Source: an uncultured bacterium
GTDB taxonomy: Bacteria; Krumholzibacteriota; Krumholzibacteriia; LZORAL124-64-63
NCBI GenBank assembly: GCA_963732385.1
Contig: CAVSZB010000007.1
Location: 641,685 to 705,684, forward strand
Direction: 5' to 3'
DNA: 64,000 nt
Shown here: positions 29,680 to 42,587 of the stretch, piece by piece
Position numbering within the stretch: position 1 is the stretch's first letter
How the letters are laid out: the number at the start of each line of letters is the position of its first letter
Translations under genes and position numbers: made by a program
The notes under the pieces: generated by a model
The model's input: the letters and a program-made list of their open reading frames with translations, nothing else
Database searches by the model: none
Told to the model about the DNA's origin: nothing

Positions 29680-30029
29680 TGGCTGGAGCGGGTCTTTTCC
29701 CGAATGCGAGCCTGCTTGCCGGTCTTCCCGCGCAGGTAGAACAGCTTCGCGCGACGCACCCGCCCCTGCTTCTTGAGCACCAGCGAATCGAGTGCCGGCG
29801 CCTGCAGCGGAAAGACACGCTCCACGGCCACGCCGTTGGAGATCTTCCGCACGGTCACGGAGGCCTCGCGCCCCGTGCCCTGCCGAGCGATGACCACGCC
29901 TTCGAACGCCTGCACGCGCGTCTTGTTGCCCTCCTGGATCCGCACGTTCAGGACGACCGTGTCGCCGATCCCGAATTCGGGCAGGTCCGTACGCAGATCG
30001 TCGCTGCGGAGGGAGTCAATGATGTTCAT
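29676..30029 (-). CDS. rplS: 50S ribosomal protein L19
   Basis: The sequence is typical of L19: MNIIDSLRSDDLRTDLPEFGIGDTVVLNVRIQEGNKTRVQAFEGVVIA. Confidence 0.95.
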   Translation of the reverse strand: MNIIDSLRSDDLRTDLPEFGIGDTVVLNVRIQEGNKTRVQAFEGVVIARQGTGREASVTVRKISNGVAVERVFPLQAPALDSLVLKKQGRVRRAKLFYLRGKTGKQARIREKTRSSQ

Positions 30030-30080
30030 CTCGGTACCGCCTCCTGTCAGATTCGCCCCGCGCGATCCGCCGCGCGCGGC

Positions 30081-30857
30081 CTATTCCACCGCGTCCGCGG
30101 CGTCCGGGGTAGCCTTCTTCTGCGTGGCGCGGCCCCGTTCCGGGCCGCCCGCTTCGGTCGCCTCCGGCAGATCGGGGCGCCGCGTCCGAGTCCTGATCCG
30201 CGCCTGCTCGCGCCGCCATGCCTCAATCCGGGCATGATGTCCCGAAAGCAGGATCTCCGGCACCGCCAGTTCGCGGTAGACCGGCGGCCGCGTGTACCAC
30301 GGACCGTCGAGTCCCCCCGCCTGCTGTTCGGTGAAGCTGTCTCCCGCCGCGGAGTCCTCGTTGTGGAGGACGCCCGGCAGGCGCCGCACGATGGCGTCGA
30401 TGACCACCAGTGCCGGAAGTTCGCCGCCCGACAACACGTAATCGCCGATCGACACCTCGCGGGTCGCCACCAGCTCCCGCACCCGCTCGTCCACACCCTT
30501 GTAGTGCCCGCAGACCAGCAGCAGTTCGCCCGCCGTCTGCGCCGCCTCCACCAGTTCCATCACCAGCCGCTCACTCAACGGCTCGCCCTGCGGCGAGGTG
30601 AGAACCACCGGCGTGGCCGCCGACTGCCGGTTTCCCTCCACCGCTTCCACGATCGGCGGCGCCATCATGATCATCCCGGGTCCGCCGCCGTAGGGCGTGT
30701 CGTCGACCGTCCCATGCCGGTCCACCGCGAAGTCCCGGATGTCCACTACCGAATAGGCCACCTGCCCCTGCTGCTCGGCCCGCCCCGGAATGCTGGTGCC
30801 GAGAACCGTCCGGACCATGTCCGGGAACAGCGTCAGCACCGTGATCTTAAGGGCCAT
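30081..30857 (-). CDS. trmD: tRNA (guanine37-N1)-methyltransferase
   Basis: The N-terminus [15 protein letters not shown] and a SPOUT-fold C-terminus are present. Position after rimM fits. Confidence 0.9.
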   Translation of the reverse strand: MALKITVLTLFPDMVRTVLGTSIPGRAEQQGQVAYSVVDIRDFAVDRHGTVDDTPYGGGPGMIMMAPPIVEAVEGNRQSAATPVVLTSPQGEPLSERLVMELVEAAQTAGELLLVCGHYKGVDERVRELVATREVSIGDYVLSGGELPALVVIDAIVRRLPGVLHNEDSAAGDSFTEQQAGGLDGPWYTRPPVYRELAVPEILLSGHHARIEAWRREQARIRTRTRRPDLPEATEAGGPERGRATQKKATPDAADAVE

Positions 30858-31404
30858 CGAACAACGCCGTCCCCTCGATCAGGCCGGGCGGGGGATCGAT
30901 CACGAGCGGTCCGGTCAGGCCGTCCCCCGGCTGCAGGATCGGCGCCACCGCCGGAACCAGCACCTCGCTGCCGTCCGGCCGCGCGATCACGAGCAGAACC
31001 TGGGAAGTGTAGCGTCTCACCTCGCTCACGCGACCCACCGTACCGCCGGTCACCAGATCCACCGTCCGGCCCAGGAACCGGAACGGCAGCCCGCCCCGCG
31101 GGCGGGGGAAGTCCGGCTCGAGATAGTGCTCGCGGTCGAAACCGATGACCCGCCCTACGAGCGCCTCCGCCCCCTCGCGCGTCACGCACTCCTCGGTGCG
31201 CACCACGACGCAACTGCGGTCGGGCCGGTACTGCAGCGGACGGAACGGCGCCCCGTCCCGCCAGCGCAAAAACCGCGTTTCCAGCAGCTCGTCGTGCCAG
31301 TCGACCAGCGGGTAGAGCTTGTACTCCCCCCGCAGACCGACCGCCTTCACCACCTCCGCCACCGGAATGAACGCGTCCGGCTCGTGGATCGCCTCGCCGG
31401 CCAT
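30847..31404 (-). CDS. rimM: 16S rRNA processing protein RimM
   Basis: The motif [18 protein letters not shown] and a PRC-barrel C-terminus are present. The start is an ATG at 31404. Confidence 0.85.
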   Translation of the reverse strand: MAGEAIHEPDAFIPVAEVVKAVGLRGEYKLYPLVDWHDELLETRFLRWRDGAPFRPLQYRPDRSCVVVRTEECVTREGAEALVGRVIGFDREHYLEPDFPRPRGGLPFRFLGRTVDLVTGGTVGRVSEVRRYTSQVLLVIARPDGSEVLVPAVAPILQPGDGLTGPLVIDPPPGLIEGTALFDGP

Positions 31405-31411
31405 CACCGGG

Positions 31412-31651
31412 CTACTCCGCGATCTCGAGGCCGACCCGCCGGTCCGCACGCGCCCCGGCGGCGAGCAGGATCGCACGGAGGGCGCGGGCCGTCTGGCCGC
31501 CCCTCCCGATGACCCTGCCACGATCGTCGGGATGCAGGCTGAGCCGGTACACCTCGACCCCCGGCTGGTCCAGCCGCTGGAGTTTTACCTCCTGCGGATG
31601 GTCCGCCAAATTCACCGCAAGCAGGGCGAGCAGCCCCTGGACGTCGGTCAT
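31412..31651 (-). CDS. KH-domain RNA-binding protein (UPF0109/YlqC-like)
   Basis: A 79-aa protein with the GxxG KH signature VIGRGGQTARALRAIL. It sits between rpsP and rimM as in many bacteria. Confidence 0.8.
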   Translation of the reverse strand: MTDVQGLLALLAVNLADHPQEVKLQRLDQPGVEVYRLSLHPDDRGRVIGRGGQTARALRAILLAAGARADRRVGLEIAE

Positions 31652-32181
31652 GCCGTACCGTCGCCTTCCGTCGGCGTCGCCTCGGCCGCAGCCTGCCCGG
31701 CCGCCTCGGCCTCCGCCGCGGTCTTCTCGGCCGCCTCAGCCTCGGCCGCCGCTGCCTCCGCCGCCTTGGCCGCCGCCGCCTCCGCCTTCACCCGGATTCC
31801 CTCCGCGACCAGCTCGGACTTCCGGCGGGCGGTGGAATCCGCGCGGCCCTGCGCCCGGACATCGGCGTTGGCGCGGAACTCAGCCACTTTGGCGCTGACG
31901 TCCTCGGCCGACATCCCCTGTTTCTCGAGCGCGAACCGGAGCATCAGCCCGTGCGCCTTGAGCAGCGAACGGACGGTCTCGGAAACGACCGCGCCGCGCC
32001 TCAGCCAGACCATGATCTCCTCGTCGTGCAACTGCAGTTCGTACGGCTCGACGAAGGGATTGTAGAAGCCGAGGTTGGCGAGATAGGCGCCGTCGCGGCG
32101 CTTGCGACTGTCGACGGCAACGAGACGATAGAACGGACGCTTCTTCTTGCCCATACGGGCGAAACGGATCGCGGTCGCCAA
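31648..32181 (-). CDS. rpsP: 30S ribosomal protein S16 with Ala/Glu-rich C-terminal extension
   Basis: The N-terminus MATAIRFARMGKKKRPFYRLVAVDSRKRRDG is present. Confidence 0.9.
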   Translation of the reverse strand: MATAIRFARMGKKKRPFYRLVAVDSRKRRDGAYLANLGFYNPFVEPYELQLHDEEIMVWLRRGAVVSETVRSLLKAHGLMLRFALEKQGMSAEDVSAKVAEFRANADVRAQGRADSTARRKSELVAEGIRVKAEAAAAKAAEAAAAEAEAAEKTAAEAEAAGQAAAEATPTEGDGTA

Positions 32182-32276
32182 GGGTCACCTCCGGTACGGG
32201 TATCGCCGACCGCCACCATGGCGTCGGCGTGCGCCGGCCCGCGGGGGCCGGCCGGGAGTTCACGCGGGACGGTCGC

Positions 32277-33612
32277 CTACCGCCGATCGAGCACCCGGCG
32301 GCTGAACTCCTGCAGGCCGCCGGCCGCGTTGATCTCCTTCATCATGCGTCGCATGTCCCGGTACTGCTTCAGCAGCCGGTTGACCTGCGATACGTTCGTG
32401 CCGCTGCCCCGCGCGATCCGCTTGCGACGCGATCCGTTGATCACGTCGGGATGACGCCGCTCCTGCCGCGTCATCGAATTCATGATCGCCTCCACGCGCG
32501 ACAACTGCGATTCGTCGACGTTCGCCTTATCGAGGGCCGCGCCCCCGAGACCCGGCAGCATCTTCAGCACGCCCTGCAGCGGGCCCATGCGACGCATCTG
32601 CCGGATCTGCCGCTGGAAGTCCTCCAGGGTGAACTGGCCGTCGGTGAAGCGCTGCGCCAGATCTTCGGCCTCGTCCAGGTCCATGCTGCGCTCGGCCTTC
32701 TCGATCAGGGAGAGCACGTCCCCCATGCCGAGAATGCGTCCGGCCATGCGGTCCGGGTGGAAGACCTCCAGGTCCTCCAGTTTCTCGCCCACGCCGACCA
32801 GCTTGACCGGCTTGCCGGTCACCTGCAGCACGGAGAGCGCCGCGCCGCCGCGCGCATCGCCGTCGAGCTTGGTCAGGACCACGCCGTCGAAACCGACGCG
32901 GCTGGCGAACTCCTGCGCGATCCGCACCGCCTCCTGACCGGTCATCGCGTCGAGCACGAGCAGCTTCTCGTGCATCGGCACGATGCGGTCGATCCCCACC
33001 AGCTCCTGCATCAGCGTGTCATCGATGTGCAGCCGGCCGGCGGTGTCGACGATCAGGACATCGCACCCCTTGTCGCGCGCGCGCCGCAGGCCGAGCTTCA
33101 CGATCTGGGCCGCGTTGCGGCTCTCGCGATCGCTGTGCACCGGCACGCCGAGCGCCTCGCCCAGCGTGTGCAGCTGGTCGATCGCGGCGGGCCGGTAGAT
33201 ATCGGCGGCGACCAGCAGCGGCCGGCGCCCCTCCGCCGCGAGCAGCTTCGCCAGCTTCCCGCAGAATGTCGTCTTGCCGCTGCCCTGGAGTCCCATGACC
33301 ATCAGCGTGGACACCGGACGCTCGCCGAGATTCAGTTCACGCGCCTGCCCGCCGAGCAGCGTCACCAGTTCGTCGTGCACGATCTTCACGACGTGCTGCG
33401 CCGGCGTCAGGCCGGCCGCGACCGGCTGACCCAGCGTCTGCTCGCGCACACGCCCCACGAAGTCGCGGGCGACCGCGAAGTCGACATCCGCTTCCAGGAG
33501 CGCCACCCGGACCTCGCGGAGCGCCTCCTTGACGGACTCCTCCGTCAGGCGGTCCTGCCCCGCCAGCTTGCGGAAGGCCTGGTCGAGCCGTTTTTGGAGC
33601 TCCTGGAACACG
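32277..33612 (-). CDS. ffh: Signal recognition particle protein
   Basis: The N-domain opens VFQELQKRLDQAF. The G-domain has GLQGSGKTT and DTAGR. A Met-rich M-domain follows. The GTG start at 33612 lies 5 nt after GGAGG. Confidence 0.95.
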
Positions 33613-33777
33613 CCAACCTCCGCCCGCGCACCCACATCCGGTCCTGCGCGGACACAAAAGTACACGGCGGGCAGACCCGGTCCACCCCGCCCGGCAAAGC
33701 GACCTGAGAAGATAGCCGATCGGGCCGGGGAAGGCAAGCCGCCGACCAGGCCCGGGGATCCCGTCGTCCGGGAGGGA

Positions 33778-34452
33778 TCAGCGGCCGCGCAGCGCCCGTA
33801 CAGCCGCGGCGCGGTCAGCCGACCCGAGGAGCCAGGAGCCGGAGACCAGGATATCGACGCCGGCGGCCCGGCAGGCGGCCGCATTGGCCCCCTCCACCCC
33901 ACCGTCGATGGAGATGGCGAACCGCAACCCCTCCCGACTCCGCGTCTCCGCAAGGGCGGCGACCTTTTCCAGGGCGGCCGGCTGGAACCGCTGCCCCCCG
34001 AAACCGGGCTGCACCGACATGACCAGCACGAGGTCCACCTCGCCCAGCAACGGCGCCAGCGTGTCGGACGCGGTGGCGGGATTGAGCGACAGCCCCCGCC
34101 GCAGACCACGCGCGCCGATCGCCCGCAGCGCCTCACGCGGCGCCGCCGTTTCGATGTGCACCGTGAGCGCATCGGCGCCGGCGTCCGCGAACGGGGCGAC
34201 GAACAGCAAAGGATCGGTCACCATGAGGTGGACATCGAGCGGCAACGCCGTCCGCCGCCGCAGCGCCGCCACCAGCGCGGGACCGCAGGTCAGATTCGGC
34301 ACGAAGTGTCCGTCCATCACGTCCAGGTGGAACAGATCGGCCCCCGCCGCCTCGAGGGAGAACATCTCCCCCGCCAGATCGGCGAAATCGGCCGCCAGCA
34401 GCGATGGGGAGACGGCCGCCCCGTCAGCGCGCGGACGCCACCAGTTCAACAT
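33778..34452 (-). CDS. rpe: Ribulose-phosphate 3-epimerase
   Basis: Motifs SPSLLAADFA and HLDVMDGHFVPNLT are present. Confidence 0.9.
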   Translation of the reverse strand: MLNWWRPRADGAAVSPSLLAADFADLAGEMFSLEAAGADLFHLDVMDGHFVPNLTCGPALVAALRRRTALPLDVHLMVTDPLLFVAPFADAGADALTVHIETAAPREALRAIGARGLRRGLSLNPATASDTLAPLLGEVDLVLVMSVQPGFGGQRFQPAALEKVAALAETRSREGLRFAISIDGGVEGANAAACRAAGVDILVSGSWLLGSADRAAAVRALRGR

Positions 34453-35149
34453 TCGCCCCCTTGAGGATCCGGCTGCCCGGGACCGGCGTCTGCGCCAGCA
34501 CGGTGCCGGGCTTGATGCCGGGTCGACGCTGGAACGTCACCGTACCCGGCACACAGCCGGCCGCCTCGACCGCCGCCCGCGCCCGCGCCAGAGATGCTCC
34601 GCGCAGATCGGGCAGGCGCCAGGCGGGCGGCAGACCCGGCTCGGCCACCACCAGATCGACCGTCGCCTCCCGCCGCTGACTGCTGCCAGGCGGCGGGAAC
34701 TGGAACACCACCGTCGGCGTGGCGACGTCGTCCCGGCGCAGCCGCACGAGGCGACCGGGACGGAACGACTCGCGCGCCAGAGTCATGTCGGCCTGTCGTC
34801 GCGACAGTCCGACCAGATCGGGAATATTCCCGACCGCCGGACCCGCGCTCACCACCACCAGGACCCGACGGCCGCGACGGATGGTCGCGTTCGCCCGCGG
34901 CGTCTGCTCGACGATGCGACCGGCCGCGATCGTGGCGTGGGCCACCTGCCGGTCCTCCACGAGTTGCAGGCCGGCGCGCCCCGCTTCGCCGCGCGCGGTT
35001 GCCACGGTCTTGCCGTGCAGATCAGGGGTGGCCACCACCGCGTTGTGGTGGATCACCTTGGGCATGATGAGGAAATTGAAGATCGCCAGCCCGAGGGCGA
35101 AAAGCAGCACGAAAAAGCCGATCAGGACGAGAAAGCGGCCCAGCTTCAC
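34424..35149 (-). CDS. Membrane-anchored triple-PASTA-domain protein without a kinase or PBP domain
   Basis: One TM helix (FLVLIGFFVLLFALGLAIF) is followed by three PASTA repeats of about 65 aa. The GTG start at 35149 lies 7 nt after GGGAGG and overlaps the rsmB stop as GTGA. Confidence 0.75.
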   Translation of the reverse strand: MKLGRFLVLIGFFVLLFALGLAIFNFLIMPKVIHHNAVVATPDLHGKTVATARGEAGRAGLQLVEDRQVAHATIAAGRIVEQTPRANATIRRGRRVLVVVSAGPAVGNIPDLVGLSRRQADMTLARESFRPGRLVRLRRDDVATPTVVFQFPPPGSSQRREATVDLVVAEPGLPPAWRLPDLRGASLARARAAVEAAGCVPGTVTFQRRPGIKPGTVLAQTPVPGSRILKGANVELVASAR

Positions 35150-36507
35150 GACGTTGCCTCCCGTCGGCGCAGGCGCGCCGCGAAGAAACCGTCGGTTCCG
35201 GTCTCCTGCGGCAACCACCGTCGCTGCCAGTTCCCCGCCGCGTCAGGGTCCGGCAAGAGGCCGGCGCCCGCTCCGGGCGTCACCAGCGCATCAACCACCT
35301 CTTCGTTCTCCTCCGGCTCGAGCGAGCAGGTCGCGTACAGCAACCGCCCCCCCGGCGCGAGCAGCGCGGCGGCCGCGCGAGCCAGCGACGCCAGACGCGC
35401 GCCGTTTTCCGCGAGCTGACGCGCCTTTACCCGCCACCGCCCTTCGGGATGGTGGCGCAGGACACCGGTGCCGCTGCAGGGGCCGTCCAGCAGCACCGTA
35501 TCGAACACGCCGGCACGGAACGGCGGCGACTCCCCATCAGCCAATATCATGGCCGGCGGCGGACCCTCAAGCCTTTTCGCCGTCTCGACCAGCAGCGCCA
35601 GACGCGCGGCGCCTCGATCCATGGCCACGATCGCCGCGGGATCGGGCCAGATGGCGCGCAGATGGAACGTCTTGCCGCCGGGCGCCGCACAAAGATCGAG
35701 CAGCCGCCCGCCCGCCCCCGCCGCAAGCCAGGCCGTGGCCGCCTGCGCCCCCTCGTCCTGCACGATGAGTCCCGGCTCCGCCGCCAGCAGCCGCCGCAGT
35801 CCGGCGCGGTCCGGCCCGGCATCCAGTTGCAGTGCGCGCGGGACGAGCCGGCCCGCAGCTGCGGGATATCCGGCGGCCGCCAGCCGCGTCAGCACCGCCT
35901 CCGGCGTGTGCGGAGGCAGCACGTGAAGAGTCAGTGGAGCCGGCCGGTTGTTGTGGGCGCACAGCGTCTCGGTCGCGGCAAAGCCGAAGCGCGCCAGCCA
36001 ACGCGCGACCAGCCAGCGCGGGTGGGACTGCCAGGCAACGAGGTAGGCCGCCGGATCGCGCCCGGGATCGGGAAACAGGGGACGCAGCGCCGCGAGCGCG
36101 GTCTGACCGGTCGCGCCGCCGGTCGCCCGCAACACCGACTGCAAAAGCGCGTTGACGTACGGCGCCTGGCGGAGCGAGACCCGCGCGCGACAGAGCGCTA
36201 CCGCCTCGTGCACCGCGGCGTAGGCCGGCACCCCTTCGCAGGCAAGCAACTGATGGAGGGAAAGGCGCAGCAACTGCTGCAGCGCCGCCGGCCGACGCGC
36301 GCCGCGGCGCTGCGAGAAGCGGTCGATCACCCAGTCGTAGCGACCGCGCCACCGCACCGCGCCCTTGACCAGCTCAGCCAGCAGGCCACGGCCACGCGGA
36401 TCAGCGAGGCGAGCGAACGCGGCGTCGAGCGCCGGATCGAGCGGCTCCCCCTCCCCCGCGCGCAACAGCGCCTCGAGGGCGAGTCGGCGCACGGAATCGG
36501 CACTCAT
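35146..36507 (-). CDS. rsmB: 16S rRNA (cytosine967-C5)-methyltransferase
   Basis: A NusB-like N-terminus is followed by the MTase motifs LDLCAAPGGKT and PCSGTGV. The ATG at 36507 overlaps the fmt stop as ATGA. Confidence 0.9.
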   Translation of the reverse strand: MSADSVRRLALEALLRAGEGEPLDPALDAAFARLADPRGRGLLAELVKGAVRWRGRYDWVIDRFSQRRGARRPAALQQLLRLSLHQLLACEGVPAYAAVHEAVALCRARVSLRQAPYVNALLQSVLRATGGATGQTALAALRPLFPDPGRDPAAYLVAWQSHPRWLVARWLARFGFAATETLCAHNNRPAPLTLHVLPPHTPEAVLTRLAAAGYPAAAGRLVPRALQLDAGPDRAGLRRLLAAEPGLIVQDEGAQAATAWLAAGAGGRLLDLCAAPGGKTFHLRAIWPDPAAIVAMDRGAARLALLVETAKRLEGPPPAMILADGESPPFRAGVFDTVLLDGPCSGTGVLRHHPEGRWRVKARQLAENGARLASLARAAAALLAPGGRLLYATCSLEPEENEEVVDALVTPGAGAGLLPDPDAAGNWQRRWLPQETGTDGFFAARLRRREATS

Positions 36508-37439
36508 GAGTTGAGGATTTCGCCCGGACGGACGGTATGTCCGCGCAGGAACTCGGCCACCTCGAGTGGGCGGCGGCCCGGCGCCTGCACCATCGTAACC
36601 AGCAGTTCGCCCTCCCCGCAGGCGACCCGGATCCCCTCCGGATCGACGGCGAGCACTGTGCCGGGAGGCTGGCCGACGGTGCGCAACGAATGCAGCCTGG
36701 CGGCCGTGATCTTGAGCAGCTGATCCCCCAGGAAGGTCGTGGCCCCGGGCCACGGCTGCAGGCCGCGCACCTGGTTCGCCACCACCGTGACCGGACGGTC
36801 CCAGCGCAGCGGCGACAACGAGCGCGTCAGCTTCGGCGCGTAGACCGCCCCCTCGTCCCCCTGTGGCTCCCCCGGGACCGGCCCCGCGGCACAGGCGCGC
36901 AGGGTGCGCACGATCAGGTCGGCGCCCAGACCCGCGAGCCGCTCCGTCAGCTCGCCGGCGGTCTCCTCGGGCGAAATGGCCACCGCTTCCTGACTCAGGA
37001 TCGGACCGGTGTCGACCCCGTGGTCGAGACGCATGATGGTGACGCCGGTCAAGGCGTCGCCATGCAGGATCGCGTGGTGGACGGGGGACACGCCGCGCCA
37101 GCGCGGCAACAGGGAGGCATGCACGTTCAGACAGCCCAGCGGCGGCCCCGACAACAGCGGTTCGCGCAGGATGTGGCCGAACGCCACCACCACCACGGCG
37201 TCGGGCAGTTCGCCGAGCACGGCCCGCGCCACCCGCTCGCGATCGCCGGCGCCGAACTCGATCAGCGGCAGCTGCTGCGCCAGGGCGATCCGCTTGACGT
37301 CGGTCGCCTCGAGCCGCTGCCCCCGACCACTGCGCCGGTCCGGCTGCGTCACGACCAGGCGCACATCGAAACGCGCCTCGATCAACGCCTCGAGCGACGG
37401 CACCGCGAACGCGGGCGAGCCCATGAAGACGATCCGCAA
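36504..37439 (-). CDS. fmt: Methionyl-tRNA formyltransferase
   Basis: Motifs RIVFMGSPAF, VVTQPDR and SLLPRWRG are present. The TTG start at 37439 lies 5 nt after AAGGAG. Confidence 0.9.
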   Translation of the reverse strand: MRIVFMGSPAFAVPSLEALIEARFDVRLVVTQPDRRSGRGQRLEATDVKRIALAQQLPLIEFGAGDRERVARAVLGELPDAVVVVAFGHILREPLLSGPPLGCLNVHASLLPRWRGVSPVHHAILHGDALTGVTIMRLDHGVDTGPILSQEAVAISPEETAGELTERLAGLGADLIVRTLRACAAGPVPGEPQGDEGAVYAPKLTRSLSPLRWDRPVTVVANQVRGLQPWPGATTFLGDQLLKITAARLHSLRTVGQPPGTVLAVDPEGIRVACGEGELLVTMVQAPGRRPLEVAEFLRGHTVRPGEILNS

Positions 37440-37462
37440 ACGCGCTCCTTGCGCCGCCGGCG

Positions 37463-38002
37463 TCAGCGGGCGGCCAGACGCCGCAACCGCCACCAGAGCA
37501 GGCGGCGACGCCAGGCCGAAAGATGGTCGATGAAAACGACTCCGTCCAGGTGGTCGACCTCATGCTGCACGATGCAGGCGAGAAGCCCCTCGGCCGCGAG
37601 CCGCTGCGGCCGACCCTCCACATCCTCGTAACCGACCACGATCGCGCGCGGGCGCGCAAGGCGCAGGTAAAGACCGGGGAACGACAGGCAGCCCTCCTCC
37701 CGGGACTGCCACCCGGGATCGCGCCGCTCGATGAACGGATTGACGATCACCAGCCGCTCCGGACGGCCGCCGCGGCGCGGGTCGCGGATGATGATGACGC
37801 GCCGTCCGTCCCCCACCTGCGGCGCGGCGAGGCCCACGCCGTTGCGATCCAGCATGAGCCGCCACATGCCGGCCACCAGCGCCGGGAGCCCCGGATCGCC
37901 CGGCGCCACCGGCCGGCAGGGCCGCCGCAGCGCCTGATCCCCCCAGCGGACCAGGCGCGGGGCGGCAGGCGCCCCCGGCGTCGCCGACGCCGCGTTCGTC
38001 AC
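37463..38002 (-). CDS. def: Peptide deformylase
   Basis: The three deformylase signatures GVGLAAPQVG, EGCLSFPG and HEVDHLDG are present. Confidence 0.9.
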   Translation of the reverse strand: MTNAASATPGAPAAPRLVRWGDQALRRPCRPVAPGDPGLPALVAGMWRLMLDRNGVGLAAPQVGDGRRVIIIRDPRRGGRPERLVIVNPFIERRDPGWQSREEGCLSFPGLYLRLARPRAIVVGYEDVEGRPQRLAAEGLLACIVQHEVDHLDGVVFIDHLSAWRRRLLWWRLRRLAAR

Positions 38003-38009
38003 GACGCGC

Positions 38010-38342
38010 TCAGCCCTTCTCCACGACGCTGGCCACGTACCCCTTGGCGATCTCGACCTTCACGTCCTCGCCGATCGTACCGACGATCCGATCGTCCTTC
38101 ACGTTCAACACCGTGACGAAGAACCCTCCCGTGGTCAGGATGCGGTCCCCCTTCTTCAGTTGCTCGATCATCAGCTGGTGCTTCTTCTGTCGCTGCTGCT
38201 GCGGACGGATCAGCAGGAAGTAGAAGATGATCATGATGAGCGCGAACGGGACGAGCTGCAGCAGGATGGCGGCGCCGCCCTTCGGCCCGCTCCCCTGCGG
38301 GGCGGGACTCATGGCCAGGAAGGAGGTCCAGATCATCGACAA
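38010..38342 (-). CDS. yajC: Preprotein translocase subunit YajC
   Basis: The motif LVPFALIMIIFYFLLIRPQQQRQKKHQ is present. Confidence 0.85.
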   Translation of the reverse strand: MSMIWTSFLAMSPAPQGSGPKGGAAILLQLVPFALIMIIFYFLLIRPQQQRQKKHQLMIEQLKKGDRILTTGGFFVTVLNVKDDRIVGTIGEDVKVEIAKGYVASVVEKG

Positions 38343-38451
38343 TCTCCTCGGTTTGGGAACAGGACTCCAAATACCCGTTCAGGATGCCATTCCAAACGCT
38401 TCGCGGCAACCCCGACCATGCGGACCGGAGCGGCGCGGCGCGCACCGCGCC

Positions 38452-40913
<2,462 letters not shown>

Positions 40914-40914
40914 C

Positions 40915-41958
40915 CTAGAGCAGTTCCCCCTGCCCCTGGCCCGGCCCGCCCGGCTTTGCCGACAGGCCGAGGTGCTCGCGCGCGCGGGCTGTCGCCTCGC
41001 GTCCGCGCGGCGTGCGCATGAGCAGTCCGCACTGGATGAGGAACGGCTCGACAACATCCTCGAGCGTGTCGACCTCCTCGCCGAGCGACACCGCCAGATT
41101 CTGCAGGCCCACCGGTCCGCCGCCGAAGTGCTCGATGACGAGCTCCAGGTAGCGACGATCGAGCGGCTCGAGTCCCAGCCCGTCCACCCCCAGCCGCGTC
41201 AGGCCGTGATCCGCGGCCCGTCGGTCGATCACGCCCCACCCCTCCACCTGCGCATAGTCGCGCACCCGGCGCAGCAGGCGATTGGCGGCGCGCGGCGTCC
41301 CGCGAGCACGGCGGGCGATTTCGTCGGCGCCATCCTCTGCGAGGGAGATGCCGAGCAGGGCGGCCGAGCGCCCCACGATGAGGGCCAGCTCCTCCGGCGG
41401 GTAGAAATCGAGATGACAGACGATACCGAAGCGGCTGCGCAGCGCCGGCGTGATCATGCCGGCGCGCGTGGTGGCGCCGAGCAGCGTGAACGGCTGGATC
41501 TGCAGTTGGAAATGGCGCGCGTTGGGCCCCTTGTCCACCACCAGTTCGACCCGCCAGTCCTCCATCGCCGGGTAGAGATGCTCCTCCACGACGCGTCCGA
41601 GCCGGTGGATCTCGTCAATGAAGACCGCGCGCGGACCCTCCTGCTGGGTGAGCAGGGCGATCAGTTCCGCGCCGTTCTGGAACGCCGGTCCGCTCGTGTG
41701 GTGGACGTCCAGCTCCATCTCGTTGGCGATGATGCCGGCGAGTGTGGTCTTGCCCAGGCCGGGCGGACCGTAGAGCAGGACATGGTCGAGAACCTCGCCC
41801 CGCCCGCGCGCGGCGGCTATGAACACCCGGAGGTTAGCCTTGACCTCATCCTGACCGACAAAATCCGCCAGCCGGCGCGGCCGCAGGCTCGCGTCGGCCT
41901 CGGCATCGCCCGGCAGGGACGAGGGATCGGTCCAGCGTGGAGTGGAGGGTTCGCTCAC
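40915..41958 (-). CDS. ruvB: Holliday junction branch-migration helicase RuvB
   Basis: Walker A LYGPPGLGKTTLA and FIDEIHRL are present. Confidence 0.95.
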   Translation of the reverse strand: MSEPSTPRWTDPSSLPGDAEADASLRPRRLADFVGQDEVKANLRVFIAAARGRGEVLDHVLLYGPPGLGKTTLAGIIANEMELDVHHTSGPAFQNGAELIALLTQQEGPRAVFIDEIHRLGRVVEEHLYPAMEDWRVELVVDKGPNARHFQLQIQPFTLLGATTRAGMITPALRSRFGIVCHLDFYPPEELALIVGRSAALLGISLAEDGADEIARRARGTPRAANRLLRRVRDYAQVEGWGVIDRRAADHGLTRLGVDGLGLEPLDRRYLELVIEHFGGGPVGLQNLAVSLGEEVDTLEDVVEPFLIQCGLLMRTPRGREATARAREHLGLSAKPGGPGQGQGELL

Positions 41959-41975
41959 ACGGCTCCTTCGCGCGG

Positions 41976-42587
41976 TCAGAGGGCGCGCAGCGCCCGACGC
42001 ACCCAGTTCTCCACGTCGACGACGGCCCCCGCGTCCCGTTCACGCGCAGCGCGCAGCGCCTGTTCGGCGCGCGCCGGCGGCAGGCCCATCGCCTCGAGCA
42101 CCGCCATCGCCTCGCGCAGCGGATCGGCGCCGCCCGACGACCCGTCGCGGCCGCTCCCCGACAGCGCCATCGCGCCCAGTTCCTGCGCGGCGCGCTCCCC
42201 CAGCTCCACCACGAGTCGCGCGGCGGTCTTGCGCCCGATGCCCGGCAGCCGGGTCAGGCCCTGCTCGTCGCCACTGCGCAGGTAGAGCACGATTTCCGCG
42301 GCCGACGCGCCCGAAAGCGCGCTCAGCGCCAGTTTCGGACCGACCCCGTTGACGCCGATCAGGAGGCGAAACAGCGCCAGTTCCTCGCGCCCGGGGAAAC
42401 CGTAGAGGGTCCAGCCATCCTCCCGCGTAACCAGATGGGTCCAGAAGCGGACCCGCGCCCCGGCCGCCGGCAGCTCCGCGGACGCGCGCGTGGTCAGCTG
42501 CAGGGCGAGCCCCACGCCACCGTCGCCCACGGCCACCACCGCGGGCGGACCGGCCTCGACGAGCGTCCCCTCCACGAAAGCGATCAT
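41976..42587 (-). CDS. ruvA: Holliday junction DNA helicase RuvA
   Basis: The N-terminus MIAFVEGTLVE is present. The gene is about 204 aa. The ATGA overlaps ruvC. Confidence 0.9.
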   Translation of the reverse strand: MIAFVEGTLVEAGPPAVVAVGDGGVGLALQLTTRASAELPAAGARVRFWTHLVTREDGWTLYGFPGREELALFRLLIGVNGVGPKLALSALSGASAAEIVLYLRSGDEQGLTRLPGIGRKTAARLVVELGERAAQELGAMALSGSGRDGSSGGADPLREAMAVLEAMGLPPARAEQALRAARERDAGAVVDVENWVRRALRAL

